The notes beneath the pieces are model-generated. The model saw only the letters and a program-made list of their open reading frames with translations. It did not search any database and had not been told where the DNA came from. This document shows, one piece after another, positions 1-11,645 of a DNA stretch of 64,000 nucleotides. A program made the translations under genes and the position numbers. Each line of letters begins with the position of its first letter. Within the stretch, counting starts at the first letter, position 1. Source of the stretch: Botryllus schlosseri (taxonomy: Eukaryota); NCBI GenBank assembly GCA_051294905.1, contig CM119373.1, forward strand, positions 33,046,001 to 33,110,000, written 5' to 3'.

Positions 1-2064
1 CCGATGTTGATCTGCTTTGAAAATGATATTTCATTTGTGTACAGCAAGACAAGCGCTATTCCGTGGATGCTATGAATATGTCTAGACAAGTGGCTATGGA
101 GGTAGAGGAAAATACAAAGGCATAGGAGTCTCGGCAGTTATTGGACTTGATAAGGTTAACATGCATTTTTCTTCAACTATTTCTTATGCTCTGGGTATCG
201 AATGCACAAAAATTAATAAACTGCACTTCTTTGCAAGTTTATTTGTAAATTCAATGAATCAAAGAATATCATAAGTTCAGAATATTACGGAGTCAATGCA
301 AAAGAAACAATGTTAGTCGTCTTTAGAGGATGTTTCTGAGTTGGTTGAACCAATACACAGAGTGGGTCAGCAACGAAGTACTATTTTACCTGAGTACTAG
401 CGTCATTATGAGTTTAGGCTACTTCCACCTCTATACTGGACACTTTTTAGGTAGTACTTTTTTGTCAGGTTTGGGATTTTGTCAACTGGAAAGTAGCTTT
501 GGCGCATGATTGCATCCCCTTCAAACGTGAGGTTGAACTGGGCAAAATAGCCCCAGTACCACGGTAACTAAATTAATTTTTGAAAATTGCACCTATTTGT
601 GGTGTCATCACCCTTTTGCGTTGATCAAGAAGATGCAACATGCAATGTTTACAGTTGTCACATGGCCTCAATTTCTAAAACCAAGTGACCCTCAACCAAA
701 TCTACTTCATGTAACGAATTTCTTGACTACTTTTCCGAAATTCATTTCTACTTCCATTGAAGTACTTTGGACATGTCCTAGAAGTAATTAGTGCTACTTG
801 TACTGGAGTATAAATTAAGGCATTACTTCTACTCGGTTCCCAACAATGACCACGTTGACCACCTCTCGGTATAGAATGACCGATCTTGTCACTGCGTTTG
901 AGCTGCTCTAAGAGTTATTTGATAGTTACTTCCCTTAGTTCGCTAAATAGCGCACATGTGACATCAGCTATTTATCAAAATCGCGTGTGATTTGCCAAAT
1001 CCACTCAATCGCAGTTGCGAAGTAGTGCTAATAAAATCAGCATTGTATAAGGCAACAATAAAGTGCACTGCTTTGCTGAGTCTTGATGGCAGGTTCTCCC
1101 AAAAGATACTTCCGATGTGTCCAGCGACATTGTTTTATAGCAGCACGACAGCACCCAAACCAGCAGACAGTATATCCTGATCCTTGTGGGTCCCGGCTGC
1201 TTCAGTCATAGCTTCCATCCGAAATCAGGCTCCACAACAGACAAATAGTACTGCTTGAACTAACAAATACTCTTACCAGAATATAAACCAATCGCCTTAC
1301 TTCAAATGCATAAATTTAAGTACATATGATCAGAGTTGAGTACCGTAATACGACTACGTTACCGATGGATTTCTGCGTAATTCTGACGATATCATTCTAA
1401 ATGCTTTGTACAGGATTGACATCTAGCATAGGTGAATCTCTGATGACTTCTACAACAAATTTCCGAAACGTTTACAACCAGAAATCAACAGTACACTATG
1501 CGATATTTAGCACTGAAGCAGGTGCGCGAGAAAGTAGCTTGCTAACCGATTTGTGGTTGCTATGCGTATCTAGTCACGTGATCGAAGTCCTGCAAAAGGC
1601 CTATTAGTATGTGTTGGCGGCCTTCGTCATGCACATTGAATTTACGAAATGACTCCCGAATTTTTTAGAGTTATCAATTAATCTTTAAATTTTTTTTGCG
1701 CTGCGGGCGATTCAAAGTCAAATAATTTTTCGATTTTAATATAGTATCGCCCTTTACAATCTGAGCCTCGCAATACAGATGTGAGCAACAGGGGAAAATG
1801 ATGCCCTCCATTTAAAAATACCAACACGGAATCGTGTGTTCCTCTTAAACGGAATTTGTTTCTGGCAGTAATGAGCATCGGAGGGACTCGGATAGTATTC
1901 GGACCGGATTTTGCCGATTTTGTGACATTCGGAGCGGAGTCGGAGACTAATAGAAATATTTTTCGGAAATTTTCGGAGTGTTGTAACTTTTGCTTCGGAT
2001 ATCTTTGGATAGCTCCGACCAAAAGTGACTATTGAATACAGACCCAAACACAGACAGTTTACAC

Positions 2065-2929
2065 CAGGGGCGGGCAACTTCTCCATCCGGCGGGCCGGAT
2101 ACGGGAACATGAACATGAGGCGGGCCGGATTCCCGAACTTTTTTTATGAGTTTAGGGGAATTTCCACCGTGGGAATGCGCTTTAGATCAGTCCGTCCATC
2201 CTACCCTTTGTACATACAATTCAGAGACGCACACATTTCTGCAGTTGCGAACTATATGTGGATTGGGCGACCGATTCACGGGTGAACCCGAATCGGTGAT
2301 ATGAATGTGATCCCAAAACTGAGTATATTTAGTATCTAGTCGCGGGAAGCGCGAGAATTTCTTGCATAAATGAATATTTTGATTAATGTTATTGGTGAGC
2401 AAGTGGTTTCTTCGAAAATTTACAGCACGTATAATTATAATTTTGAACATCGATCATGGCACAAGAATGAGCTTAACGCAGGTTATTCACTTCGGGCGGG
2501 TTCCTTTTTAATAATTACTTTGCTGAAAACTCCTGCAACCCAACGGCCTCTGGCTATTCAAGTGTATCTATGATACTGTATTCTCATAATCAAGACACCC
2601 ACGTAGAGACACTAAATAGCGCGAAGCGCACGAATTTTTTTTTAGTTTGGAGCCATCTGCCCGAAAATATTCCACTATTTATAGATAGGCCTATTACGAC
2701 TATTCTCGAAAAATTTAGGAATGGCATGGCCCCGTTCGCCCCTGGCTACGTCAATGCGGTGAACATCAGTTGTATTGGAACGTCGCTTTGTCTTGCTATT
2801 GTTCATGCTCGAAAATGTTTGCGCCTAAATGCTTGCAGACGGCGACGCGGGCCTCATCATCACGAAAGACCGCAAACAGCCGGCGGGCCGAAAGAAATCC
2901 CATCGCGGGCCGTATGTTGCCCGGCCCTG
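2065..2929. mobile_element. Non-autonomous hAT (Buster/Charlie-like) MITE, 865 bp
   Basis: TIRs CAGGGGCGGGCAAC / GTTGCCCGGCCCTG (13/14 match). Perfect 8-bp TSD GTTTACAC at 2057-2064 and 2930-2937. Subterminal GCGGGCCG motifs. Same family as 36247-37304. Confidence 0.9.
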
Positions 2930-3964
2930 GTTTACACCTTGTAATGGGACGGGTAACATGCAAAAAGATTTGCCTAGGATGAAAGTGAAAAACAATCGGC
3001 CATCTGCACTGCAACTAGGGACTGGAGAGTAGACGATACTATAAAACCAACCATATTATAATATTTATTTAGTGAAACACATTAACAAGTACACCGTGCC
3101 TGCCACTCTAATGATATATAGCTGGTTAAGATGGTATGATTGGCCATCCCATGAGCTATCTTAAACTAGTGGTCTTGCAAGGCATTTTCGTAGAGCAGTG
3201 TCTGTAGTTCACAAAATCGAAGGCGTCCAATATCTTTCGCAGAGTATTTGCTCCCTGTCTGTAGATGCAGTGTTTTGAACCTGCAGTCTTAAAATCCATA
3301 GCCGAATGTCACCATATTAAGACATGAGATCTCCAGAATCTTTCATGTTGGTGTCATTGCAGTCTTCTATCGTCACAATCCTCCTTACTTATTTGTTTCG
3401 TGACTGATTTTTATGCTATACCAGTAATTGTGCGAAATATTTACAATCAGCACTATAGAGCGGGGTTTCCTTATAGTGCAAGCTTTAACTACCCTGATTC
3501 TTCCAGCAAGTTCATGATCATAACGGAACTTAATTTACTCTATCATTATGTGACCGTCGATTTCAGTGCTGGTGGTACCGGTAGTTATTTCGGACTGACT
3601 GGTTTTAATATATATAGTGGCTGAAGCACCGTCAACGTATAGTGGGTTACCCAAAAAAAACGTAGAAAAAGAGTGGCGTATGGAAAGATTTCACTCTGAC
3701 GCATAATAATGGCCAGTATACTGACGATTGTGAACGTTTAGTGTTGGTTCTCTGATGATTGTGTAATCCTGAGGCTAAATGCTACTTTTCATTACTTTTT
3801 TCGTCAAAGAGCAGTCTCTGAAACATTTTGAAGCCTGTTGTAAGATACTCCCTCACTGATCTCTTACGTTTAAGTCCATGATTTATACGTTCCCATTCAT
3901 ACATATAGAACAAGGATACCTTGTGGTTCCAGCTAGAAAGTTGAACTAGCAGCATATTTTAGAG

Positions 3965-4363
3965 TGTTGCCGCAGAATTCCACCTTCGCAATGGACCAAT
4001 GATTCTTTCTATGACGCATGAATGATGGTTTTGGCGCCTCGAATCTATCACTTCACGTGGCGCACTGCATGGTATTGGTCGCATATTATTGTTTGGCTCA
4101 AATCGTTTAGTTTAGGATGCGTATTATCGTATTTAGGGTTCTATTTGGCTTTCATGTTATTTTAATTCGTATTATCTGTTTGTATTAAGAATTTGGATTG
4201 TGTCATAAATTATTTGGCCAGTTGTATAATCGCTGGGAATTTGGATCATTAAAAACCGTACTTCACCCAAGAAGACGCGTGTTGTAGTTTCAACCTGAGC
4301 GAAGACAGCTGACAGTGCTACGTCGTGTACCCAGATTAGGCCTGAAATTTCTGCGGTTATACA
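3965..4363 (+). repeat. 5' LTR (399 bp, TG...CA)
   Basis: Direct repeat of 8274-8670 with 4 substitutions by eye (C/G, C/T, T/A, T/A). Confidence 0.97.
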
Positions 4364-4426
4364 AGTTTTTAATGATCACATCGCATCAAACGAAACGTTG
4401 CACTAAACGACAAAGGATATTTCATA

Positions 4427-5524
4427 ATGGAGCTGTTGAAAGATGTTGCGGTCTCCAATCAACTAGCATCTAATCAACGTGAAATTGACGCCCTGGTGTT
4501 ATCCGAAGATAATATGGAAGGCCCGATTCAACAATTAGCAACGCATGCCAAAGCTTATGGCGCGATAGGAGCTGCAGCACAGCCAAAAAACAACTTGAAC
4601 AAAACAAAGACTAGAACAAGTTCGAGTTGCGTGTCTGCTGGCATGGTTTCGCGTCATGTGAAAAGAAGCACCAAAAGTGCATTGCTAACCAAAGACAATC
4701 TACATATGATGACTACCAGATCAAAGGCAAAGGTTGGCGGTCGATCGAGTATTAAATCAAAAAGTCATGTTACTCAATCACATGGCTCAGGCTCAACAAT
4801 GTCTACCTCAGATGTAGGTATGACATTGATGCAACAAGAAGCGGTTCTGGAGGCCAGATCTGCTTCATCCTCACAACGTCATATTCTGGAAAAACAGCAA
4901 CTCATGTTGCGGCATCATCGTGAAGAAGAAGAAATGCTTGAAAAGATTAAATCAAGACGGGAAGAAATTGCTCGACAGCAAAAGCTCGAAGCAGAAGAAC
5001 TCGAACGGGAAAACAAGTCCGAGGTTGAAACCTTGAGACGCATTAGACAACGAGAGATCGATGAACTCAGTATGAGACATCAGAGGGACCAATTCGAAAT
5101 CGCATCTGCGCTTGAGGAAACTCGCGCAGAGAGAAAGGTGCTTGGTTTTGAGCTTCCTACTGTTAATGCTTCAGGTATGAATCGCACCGACGTTCAAATT
5201 CCTTTTGTTCCTCAGTCCTTAGAAACCCGACAATCAATTTTTAGCACTAGACTGAGTCCTGTAGTCAAGCAGGAAACTGCCATCGAATTCGTTCCTCAGG
5301 TTAATTGTCCATCCATTCCAGGTAGTTCGCAACCTTTGGGTTCAAATACTGTTAACTCGGTGCTAGATCTGATTGATTTTGATAGCCCTTGTTTGCAGGG
5401 CCGTAGTGAACCTACTAAGTTACCAAAATATGAACGGGGACCTAAACCCGCTGCTCTTATTTCGACACCAGCCAATGCTGAAGCTTGTTTCCTTGCTCCT
5501 AAAAACAATATCAGTAATTCGTAA
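4427..5524 (+). CDS. BEL/Pao polyprotein N-terminal part (Ser-rich region and charged coiled-coil), 365 aa
   Basis: Same reading frame as 5534-7972, separated only by TAA at 5522-5524. E/R/Q-rich coiled-coil-like segment. Confidence 0.8.
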   Translation: MELLKDVAVSNQLASNQREIDALVLSEDNMEGPIQQLATHAKAYGAIGAAAQPKNNLNKTKTRTSSSCVSAGMVSRHVKRSTKSALLTKDNLHMMTTRSKAKVGGRSSIKSKSHVTQSHGSGSTMSTSDVGMTLMQQEAVLEARSASSSQRHILEKQQLMLRHHREEEEMLEKIKSRREEIARQQKLEAEELERENKSEVETLRRIRQREIDELSMRHQRDQFEIASALEETRAERKVLGFELPTVNASGMNRTDVQIPFVPQSLETRQSIFSTRLSPVVKQETAIEFVPQVNCPSIPGSSQPLGSNTVNSVLDLIDFDSPCLQGRSEPTKLPKYERGPKPAALISTPANAEACFLAPKNNISNS

Positions 5525-5533
5525 CCCAAGGTT

Positions 5534-7972
5534 ATGTATGCCCAAGTTCCCCTACCTTCTTTATTACCCCTCACGGAACCTCCCATCTTTACAGGAAACG
5601 CCAGTGATTTTTATGATTTTAAAATGGCTTTCAATTCTTTAGTAGAGCCATATGCGTTAACACAACAACATAGGCTTCAATATCTAATGAAGTATACAAA
5701 GGGTGTCCCGCATGTATTGATCAAAGGTTGTTTGCATGCTGATTCTCACTCATGCTTTGATAAGGCATGGAAAATATTAAATGAAAATTATGGGCAAGAA
5801 CATCAAATCAGTCGCTGTTGCCTGGAGTCCATACTTGGAGGTCCTAGTTTTTCTGAAAACGATAGGGATGGTTTGGCAATGTTTTGGGCGAAACTGGTTT
5901 CATGCAGAGAAACTTTAATGGGCACAAATAGTTTGCATGAAATTGACAACATTATGGTAATTGACAAAGTTGAGGATAGATTGCCGCAAGGATGGAGAAG
6001 TGGATGGAGATCCATTGTGGATAATATTGTGAATGTAAAAAGGGAAAAATTGACCATGCTTGACTTGTCAAATTACATTCGAAAGAAATCTCGAGAATTG
6101 GAAACAAAGCCTAAAATAAATTGGTCCTTGAATAAAGAAAGGTCTGTTAATCCTAAAGGAAGCAAATCCAGTTTTGTTACACAGATGGAGAGTTCAACTG
6201 CATCATGTCCGCAATGTAAGCAAACTCATTTTCTCAACCAATGCAATATCTTTCGAGCAATGAGTTTTGAACAAAGGCATGATTTTGTGCAGCAAAACAA
6301 GCCGTGTTTTTCGTGTCTTCAAGCAGGGCATTTCAGTAAAGAATGTTATCGTAAAAAGCCGTGTTCTCAGGCAAATTGTTTCGGTAAGCACACTACATTA
6401 CTTCATCCACCTGATAACAATCCTTCCCAAAGTCATAAGCCAATTGAATTGATTAAATCGGAACAAAACTCGGAATCTGACAAAACGACGAGTACCTTTG
6501 CTAGTAGCATTCAAAAGGAAGCAGGTGCATTATTGCCTGGTTTGCCGGTCAAAGTGCGTGTCGGCAGTGGTGGAAACATTTTTACCACCAAAGCGTTGCT
6601 TGATGGAGCAAGTAGAAATTCATTCATTACACATTCATTGCTGGAAAGAATTAGTGCTAAAGGTAGGGATGTCAGCGTGGCTGTAAAAACTCTCAATGGC
6701 GTTGGTTCCCACAAAACAGAAACTTTGATTGACAATGTAGAAGTATCGGCATATAATGGTAATGATTGGGTGTCCCTTTCAACGCTGGTATCTACCGAAG
6801 AGATACCTTTGGGCAAATATGAAATGCCACTCCAGGAAGATATCCAAGATTTTCCTGAGTTCGATGGAATTGAAATTCCTGATGTGGACTGTGATGTTGA
6901 ATTGTTAATCGGCTTTGATAATAGAAGTATTCATCGACCAAGAGAAGTGGTTGATGGGCCGGCAGATTTCTATGCCGTTCGCACATTGATTGGTTGGGCG
7001 GTGGCGTGTGAGAGAAGTGAAATAAAGGGCAATGGAAAATTGCCCGTCAGCTGCAACTTTACAAAGGTCAGCACAGACAGTGTCTGTGAAATGTGTTCAG
7101 ACGTAATTGATAAAGTAAAAACTAAAAAGACATGTCTTGCAACTGTAGTGAGCGATGTTCCTACACCTGGTATTGAATTCATGGATGAGGCAATAAAAAA
7201 ACATTGTAATTGGTTCAAACTCAAGAAGGTGATTGCTTGGGTGTTACGATACAAAGATAGGTTGCTCTCTAAGGTTAGAGGAACATCTGACGGTAATGAA
7301 TCGCTCCCTGCAGGGCTATTAACAACAGATGAAGTGTTGCATTCGGAAAGAGAAATTATCAAACATGAGCAAGCAAAATTTTATGCTGCAGAAATGCATG
7401 CGATTGCAAATGGTCAAAATCTCAGACCTGCAAGTACTTTGTACAGGTTGAAGCCTTTTATAGAAAATGGGTTACTGCGGGTTGGTGGCAGAATAATGGA
7501 AGCCCCCATTGCTTATGAAAATCAACACCAAATTGTAGTGCCAAGAGATAGCAGGATTGCTTCCGCCATTTTTGAATGGCATCACAGATTATCAGGACAT
7601 TCGGGTCGTGAGCATGTCTTGGGAATGGTTCGTAAAAAATATTGGATTGTGCGCCCTCAGCCCAAATTGAGAAAAATAATATATGATTGCGTGATATGTC
7701 GTAAACGGCAGCGACAGCCAGAGTCGCAGCAAATGTCAAATCTTCCAGCAAAACGGCCCAAATGGATTGATGGTAAATGTAACCTAAAAATCGATGATAT
7801 TGTCCTAATCATGGACGATAACCTGCCCCGAAATGCATGGCTTCTGGGCCGTGTCACACAACTATTTCCTGGCAAAGACGACCTGGTAAGGTCGGTTCGT
7901 ATCAAAACAAAAAATTCTGAGCTTGAGAGGCCCATTACTAAGTTGGTGCTTATTCAGAGCTCGTCAACATGA
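5534..7972 (+). CDS. BEL/Pao Gag-protease-(no RT/RNase H)-integrase Zn finger-(no DDE core)-C-terminal domain, 812 aa
   Basis: Gag PIFTGN...RLQYL; knuckles CPQCKQTHFLNQC, CFSCLQAGHFSKEC, CSQANCFGKHTTLLH; protease ALLDGAS, LLIGFD, TLIGW; WFKLKKVIAWVLRY; GLLRVGGRI; integrase HH...H...CVIC; C-terminal W.LGRV...FPGKDDLVRSV.IKT...RPITKL. No RT catalytic region and no integrase DDE core visible. Confidence 0.92.
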   Translation: MYAQVPLPSLLPLTEPPIFTGNASDFYDFKMAFNSLVEPYALTQQHRLQYLMKYTKGVPHVLIKGCLHADSHSCFDKAWKILNENYGQEHQISRCCLESILGGPSFSENDRDGLAMFWAKLVSCRETLMGTNSLHEIDNIMVIDKVEDRLPQGWRSGWRSIVDNIVNVKREKLTMLDLSNYIRKKSRELETKPKINWSLNKERSVNPKGSKSSFVTQMESSTASCPQCKQTHFLNQCNIFRAMSFEQRHDFVQQNKPCFSCLQAGHFSKECYRKKPCSQANCFGKHTTLLHPPDNNPSQSHKPIELIKSEQNSESDKTTSTFASSIQKEAGALLPGLPVKVRVGSGGNIFTTKALLDGASRNSFITHSLLERISAKGRDVSVAVKTLNGVGSHKTETLIDNVEVSAYNGNDWVSLSTLVSTEEIPLGKYEMPLQEDIQDFPEFDGIEIPDVDCDVELLIGFDNRSIHRPREVVDGPADFYAVRTLIGWAVACERSEIKGNGKLPVSCNFTKVSTDSVCEMCSDVIDKVKTKKTCLATVVSDVPTPGIEFMDEAIKKHCNWFKLKKVIAWVLRYKDRLLSKVRGTSDGNESLPAGLLTTDEVLHSEREIIKHEQAKFYAAEMHAIANGQNLRPASTLYRLKPFIENGLLRVGGRIMEAPIAYENQHQIVVPRDSRIASAIFEWHHRLSGHSGREHVLGMVRKKYWIVRPQPKLRKIIYDCVICRKRQRQPESQQMSNLPAKRPKWIDGKCNLKIDDIVLIMDDNLPRNAWLLGRVTQLFPGKDDLVRSVRIKTKNSELERPITKLVLIQSSST

Positions 7973-8273
7973 TATCAATCCATTCACTAGAACGTCACTC
8001 GTTCAATAACTTCAATGCTCGGTGTTTGGTTAATGGTTATTTACTGCTGTGGAACCCATTGTTTACTACGGCACTCGTTGTTTACTACAGTATGTGTTTT
8101 CGTTATTGATTGCGTCACAATGCCATGAGTGACACTTTGTCTCAATACAATTTAATTGATTCGTTGCTTTGTTGTATTTGTTTTCTCGCATGGTTTTGGG
8201 AAGTTGTTGTTTCACCTGTGAAAAAATGTGTATAAATTTATTGTAATAAATTTCCCATTTTTGGGGGTGAGGG

Positions 8274-8670
8274 TGTTGCCGCAGAATTCCACCTTCGCAA
8301 TGGACCAATGATTCTTTCTATGACGCATGAATGATGGTTTTGGCGCCTCGAATCTATCACTTCACGTGGCGCACTGCATGGTATTGGTCGCATATTATTG
8401 TTTGGCTCAAATCGTTTAGTTTAGGATGGGTATTATCGTATTTAGGGTTCTATTTGGCTTTCATGTTATTTTAATTCGTATTATCTGTTTGTATTAAGAA
8501 TTTGGATTGTGTCATAAATTATTTGGTCAGTTGTATAATCGCTGGGAATTTGGATCATTAAAAACCGTACTTCACCCAAGAAGACGCGTGTTGAAGTTTC
8601 AACCAGAGCGAAGACAGCTGACAGTGCTACGTCGTGTACCCAGATTAGGCCTGAAATTTCTGCGGTTATA
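8274..8670 (+). repeat. 3' LTR (397 bp, terminal CA missing)
   Basis: About 99% identical to the 5' LTR. Ends ...GCGGTTATA directly followed by TSD TAGAG. Confidence 0.97.
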
Positions 8671-10910
8671 TAGAGTTCAATATCAACGAGAACTTTGCAC
8701 GTTTGAGTACTATAGTCCAAATTTGAAATTAAAAGTTACATATTCTCGTAAGACCTCTTGATGCCATATGTACAAGCTACATAGAAGCCCATTGATTTGT
8801 ATTGTGCGACAAAACAGCTTTTAGATTTGATGCATAAATAAAGAGGCGCAATTTGCAGCTCCCAATGCTTCTATGAGACCTTGAACATCGACACAATAGA
8901 CTAAAGATAGTTCGGAAACGAAAAAGCGTGTGTGTTCACTACCACGATGCACATACCGTGCAAAAGTGTTATCAGTGCCAATTATATGTTTGGCTTTTAA
9001 TCTGGAACCTCCAATAAGAGCAGATTCATTTGGCAAATGCAAATCTATGACGAAGCTATTTAATACATCTTGATTCAACTGTATATAGCTTCTGATCACC
9101 ATCACACTCATGCTGAAACATGCTTAAGACAGAGACCCTTCAACCAATAAATCTCCTCCAACAGTTGGTAAAACTTTTGACGGCAGTGGAATGTGACATC
9201 TGGCCCATGATAAATCGGTCGTATTGCGAAAGTAAAATTGGATATTGAATTTTATGATTTTTACATTGAATCCAAAGGTGCAACATGAGCAAAAGTAAGT
9301 GGCTCTCTCCAAACCATTGGCACACCAAATGCTAGAGATTTTTGTTTTCAAATGCTTCACAGCCTCAATGTAACTTTATTTTTCATTCAGTGAGCTCCGC
9401 ATACCCCTTCTTTACATTGCCTATACCCAGGTATCAAAGACTACTCGAAGTCTTTTCGACGCCTTCCTATATTTTCATTGTATCGCAGTCTTGTGATGCT
9501 TTAAGAGGAATAAAATAATAATAAATTGATACTGATTCTTTCAGTCTTGTGGTGATATCAAAAACTAGGCCTAGATTACTTACTATTTTACATATATATA
9601 AAAATTACTTTTACTTCTACTTGAGTAGAAATTGCCCCCGTTGCTACAAGTCCTACTTGGGTAGTTATGGTAAGTACTTTGACCACATCTGATGACGTCA
9701 CAATTGTTATAGTTATGAGCCAACAGCAAGGAATACGTCACAGAACAGCCTGTTTCTAGCACTGGAATGCAAAATTTTTAATCACTGATTATAAAAAATC
9801 TTGACGTGACTTCATATTTGTAATCAGCGTACGAAAACTGATTTCATGGTCATCATTTTGGCCAGAAAACAAAAATGATGTCGACAATTGTAATCTATGT
9901 GCTTTGTATTGCTTTTGATTACTGATATCTTCGCTGTTCTAATAATGCCTATGGTTTGTCATTGTTGTTTTAATAATTTTTTGTCATTTGCTTTCGGTGT
10001 TAGATGCAAAACCCCTCAAGGGAGATGAACTACATTTACACTGCTTCAAGTTAACGGTGTTCCCTCTGTGTGCTACCCTTGCTAGTTCCTTCCTATGCTT
10101 GCCAGTACAATTTTCAATTCATTTTTCCTTCTGTTTCAGAGATACAACTAGTGATATTATAGTGCAGAACTATTCTCAGCGGAGCTGTACATTTGGGATT
10201 ATTCGACAATGTTATTGATTAGACTACCTCTACCTATACGGATGATTCGGATACTTGGCGAGATTCTTCAGATTATCTTGGAATCTGAGATTGAGCTCTC
10301 CGGAGTCTGAGGGAGATTTCCTCAGAGACTAAAGTAGTCGGAGGGATTTGGATTCACGAAATGCACTATCCGCTCATCATTGGTTTCTGGTACGTTTGGG
10401 CGATTCCAATATCTTTCAACTATGCCGACAATGCTTGTGTGAGGTCAAGAAATAACAGCATTCAAGAAAGTCAATTGACAGCAACATTAATTGGCCAACC
10501 CGAAGATCTTTCATAAGGTACCCTGAATTTTCGAAAACACCCCCTACATCAACTCTACCGGTGAATTTGATCACATGGTCTAAGTAAGAAAAATGTTTGA
10601 TAGGGACATGTGAAACTACTAATATTAATGACGAAATTCATTTGTGAATTTGAAAATTTTTCGCTCTCGGCGCGACCATAACGAATACAGACATGATTCA
10701 TAACGTGACCACTCGCGATTTTGGTGCGTATAGTGAGCCGAAATGAATAAATAGATTAGTCCGGAGTTCACCGGAAATGGACATGAACCGATTGATATGA
10801 GTATTTGGCGTCCAGTTAGTTCATTACGACTTTGTCCTGGAATGTGGCCGTAGACTACATGAGTAATCGAAATGCGGCCGTGAATAGCAAAAAGGTTGGC
10901 CACCCCTGCT

Positions 10911-11265
10911 ATAATTCATGTAAAATGAATTGCGCGTGCTTTTAGATCGCCAATTCCCCATTAATATAATTTCGTCACGCTACCTCGGGTTATTTACCAC
11001 GGAATGTTTCAAACTCTATGTATTGTATCCTGCAGCGCGCAGCATGTAAAAATCGAATAAAGAGGCGCTTACCACTTTAGAATGGGGTAGAGAGAGCCCT
11101 TCGTACACTTAAGATGTTTTGAAGTTTTTTCGTGAAAGGGATTGACTAAATATACTTGTATTTGTGAGCTACAAAATGAAATCGTCAGAATATTGCTTCA
11201 TCGTGTCATAAAGGATGATGTTTGGTGTTGTGACCCACAACGTCGCATGAACGGTATATAATATT
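10911..11265. repeat. Dispersed repeat; second copy at about 14192-14475 plus 15363-15410
   Basis: Both copies begin ATAATTCATGTAAAATGAATTG and run in parallel to ...CACAACGTC. The second copy is split by the hAT element at 14476-15354. Confidence 0.75.
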
Positions 11266-11645
11266 ATCGGGATGACTCATCGAGCTCGAACCAGATGGTA
11301 TTAGCCTGTACCCGACTACAGAACATAGAAATATTATATCAGTACTTAGTCTTGTGGTCCTCGGGCGCGATTCGAGCCGAGGTCAACCCGAAAAGACCGA
11401 CCGGACTTCGACTTCTTAACCAATGGGGGCGCCTGACCTAGGCAATTTTTGAAAGGTGGTGTTGGAGCAAAAAAAGGTCAAGAACTACCGCCTTAGATGA
11501 ATTCGTCTATCTGGAAATCAGATTCTTTTCAATTATTCCACGAGAAACATTGTAAAAATTTGCAACATCTGCTTTACATTGGAATTAAATGATGTTTGAT
11601 CAATGCACTGGATAGGTATTGGATAGTTTTAATAAATACGCGTAC

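Larger units (their letters stand above)
3965..8670 (+). mobile_element. BEL/Pao LTR retrotransposon, internally deleted and non-autonomous (4.7 kb)
   Basis: Two LTRs starting TGTTG. 5-bp TSD TAGAG at 3960-3964 and 8671-8675. PPT GGGGGTGAGGG at 8263-8273. Polyprotein has BEL/Pao Gag, Cys-knuckle, protease and integrase-end motifs. Confidence 0.97.
3230..9400 (-). pseudogene. Decayed DNA-transposase gene, Chapaev-like (CMC superfamily), split by the LTR element
   Basis: Minus-strand fragments, with stops and frameshifts, occur in the order I recall for Chapaev-type transposases: KIQYP...HGPDV (about 9250-9195), DLHLPNESALIGGSRLK (about 9050-8995), FFVSELSLVYCVDVQGL (about 8930-8875), LKAVLSHN (about 8824-8800), SYENM (about 8755). 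They continue on the far side of the LTR element as MLL..Q and RYPC.IC (about 3955-3900). Family assignment is from memory. Ends are approximate. Confidence 0.6.

Noticed and set aside
45-154. Exon-like segment on the plus strand (TGTACAG| ... AAG|GTTAAC)
   Set aside because: All three frames contain a stop and no family is recognisable; it may belong to a gene or pseudogene outside the window.
1678-2450. Overlapping 86-120 aa ORFs on both strands
   Set aside because: They lie in MITE or other repeat sequence and have no protein motifs.
8066-8761. ORFs in and around the 3' LTR
   Set aside because: They are by-products of LTR sequence.
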